A stretch of 64,000 nucleotides of DNA from Lingula anatina (Eukaryota > Animalia > Brachiopoda), in NCBI GenBank assembly GCA_051362555.1, contig CM120645.1, forward strand, positions 12,214,001 through 12,278,000. The letters are read 5' to 3'. Shown one piece after another: positions 62,740 through 64,000 of this stretch. Position 1 is the stretch's first letter. Each line of letters begins with the position of its first letter. The translations under genes were made by a program, and so were the position numbers. Under the pieces are notes generated by a model. It worked only from the letters and a program-made list of their open reading frames with translations, had not been told where the DNA came from and did not search any database.

Positions 62740-63450
62740 GTCAATAGCCGGTACAACCTCCGCTTGCTTCGATGCAGGCGGCGATCCGTTGACGCATGCT
62801 CGGGCAGTAAATGGGATGCTGTCGTGCGGAATCCTATCCCAGTCTTGCCGTAGTGCCTGGATCAGCTGCTGCCTTGGCTAAAGGACGACCAATTAAGATA
62901 CATGTACTACCACAAGTGTTCAATCGGATTCATATCCGGAGAATAGACAGGCCGGGGTAGGACATCCACCCTTGGGTCTCCTGATCCGCTTGGGTCATTT
63001 GTGCCGAATGTGAACGGGTCTTGTCATGTTGGGAAACGGAGACATCATTTTTCTGCTGCTTGAACGATGTCATGTGAGGTTTCAGAATCTGATCTATGTA
63101 GTGACGAGCAGCCACTGGTATGTTGCCATCAACGACCACCATCGGTTGACCGCCAGCAAGCGTCGACGCACAGTGGGGCTGCTGCCCCGGTTGTTCTTCC
63201 TGTCGGGTGCTTCTTGTGCTGTACGACTGGCACGTCCAAACTGGTCCCGCAGGTGATGCAACCTGATGTAGCGATCCTAGTCGGGAGTTCACACTCTCTC
63301 GCCCTGGCTGCAGTCTATCGCAAACAGAGCCTGGCATGATGTGCGATTCAACCAGGTTCCTGATTGTGGGGTGGGAGCATCCCATACACTGTAGCTCAAA
63401 TCGGACTCCTCTCACACCCAGTGCCCAGAGATGAACGTTGTTCACATGAT
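62740..63450 (-). mobile_element. Degenerate Tc1 transposase fragment
   Basis: QHDKTRSHSA, VDVLPRPVYSPDMNPIEHLW, QDWDRIP, MRQRIAACIEASGGCTGY* across frameshifts. Confidence 0.82.
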
Positions 63451-63650
63451 AGACATGGAATGATTCCGTTCACTGGGCCAACAACAATGGTGGCCCATTT
63501 GGGCCTTAATAGGCCTCCAAAACTAATCCTCAAAATGTGCAGATGCCCACTGAGTATTGCTCAATGTGTATTTGGTCCACTTTTGCAAAAAAAAAACTAA
63601 CCCATGTGCAACATGACAACTGTTCATTATCTCAACTACCCCAGCACTTA

Positions 63651-63858
63651 GACCTCATTCCCAGAGATTAGATCGATCCAACTAGATCGACCCTAGGGGT
63701 TCACGCTAAATAGCTGTCAGCCAAGCGGGGTACAAAAGTTAATTACCCCCTTACAGCTTGTAGTAGGTGGGACTGACATTTAAGCCGGATTATCTGACAG
63801 TAATCTAGTGAGACTCCCCACGGGGATAGATCGATCTAAAATCTATGGGAATGCACCC
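63651..63858 (-). mobile_element. Second copy of the ~215-bp MITE
   Basis: Reverse-complement match to 56182-56396. Confidence 0.8.
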
Positions 63859-64000
63859 TACGACATCAATAAAACCAAAATTAATAATTACATCTACCCT
63901 ACCAGTAGAAATATGCATACATTCCTATCTCAAAGCTTCCATTGACTGTAAGTTTTTTTTTTTTTTTTTTTTTTTTTTTGGCAAAAACAACATTTCAAAT

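Overview
AT-rich, intron-containing eukaryotic DNA, most likely from a marine invertebrate (inference); no prokaryotic features. All host genes are on the minus strand. (1) The 3' 18 exons (~1,096 codons) of a membrane-anchored VWDE-like gene at 60316-34140: D8C/UMOD half-domain, VWD, EGF, Cys-rich repeats, Thr-rich stalk, TM helix and short tail. (2) A diverged paralog of that gene, truncated at both ends (22529-14650). (3) Four galactose-3-O-sulfotransferase (GAL3ST-like) copies: one intact (10062-8642), one frameshifted (30149-28737) and two 5'-truncated pseudogenes, plus a third copy of the putative promoter at the left edge. These form a tandem [VWDE-like -> GAL3ST -> psiGAL3ST] cassette with a recent ~10-11.6 kb segmental duplication (1920-13570 vs 22878-33054). 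Introns and spacers carry many nested transposons: a two-LTR Gypsy inside a palindromic Tc1 derivative, a solo LTR, Tc1 remnants, an IS3EU-like MITE with inverted 20-bp minisatellites, a THAP-bearing Kolobok, and Zator-, Harbinger-, Helentron- and Academ-like elements. All coordinates and identities were read by eye, and superfamily calls rest on terminus/TSD signatures.
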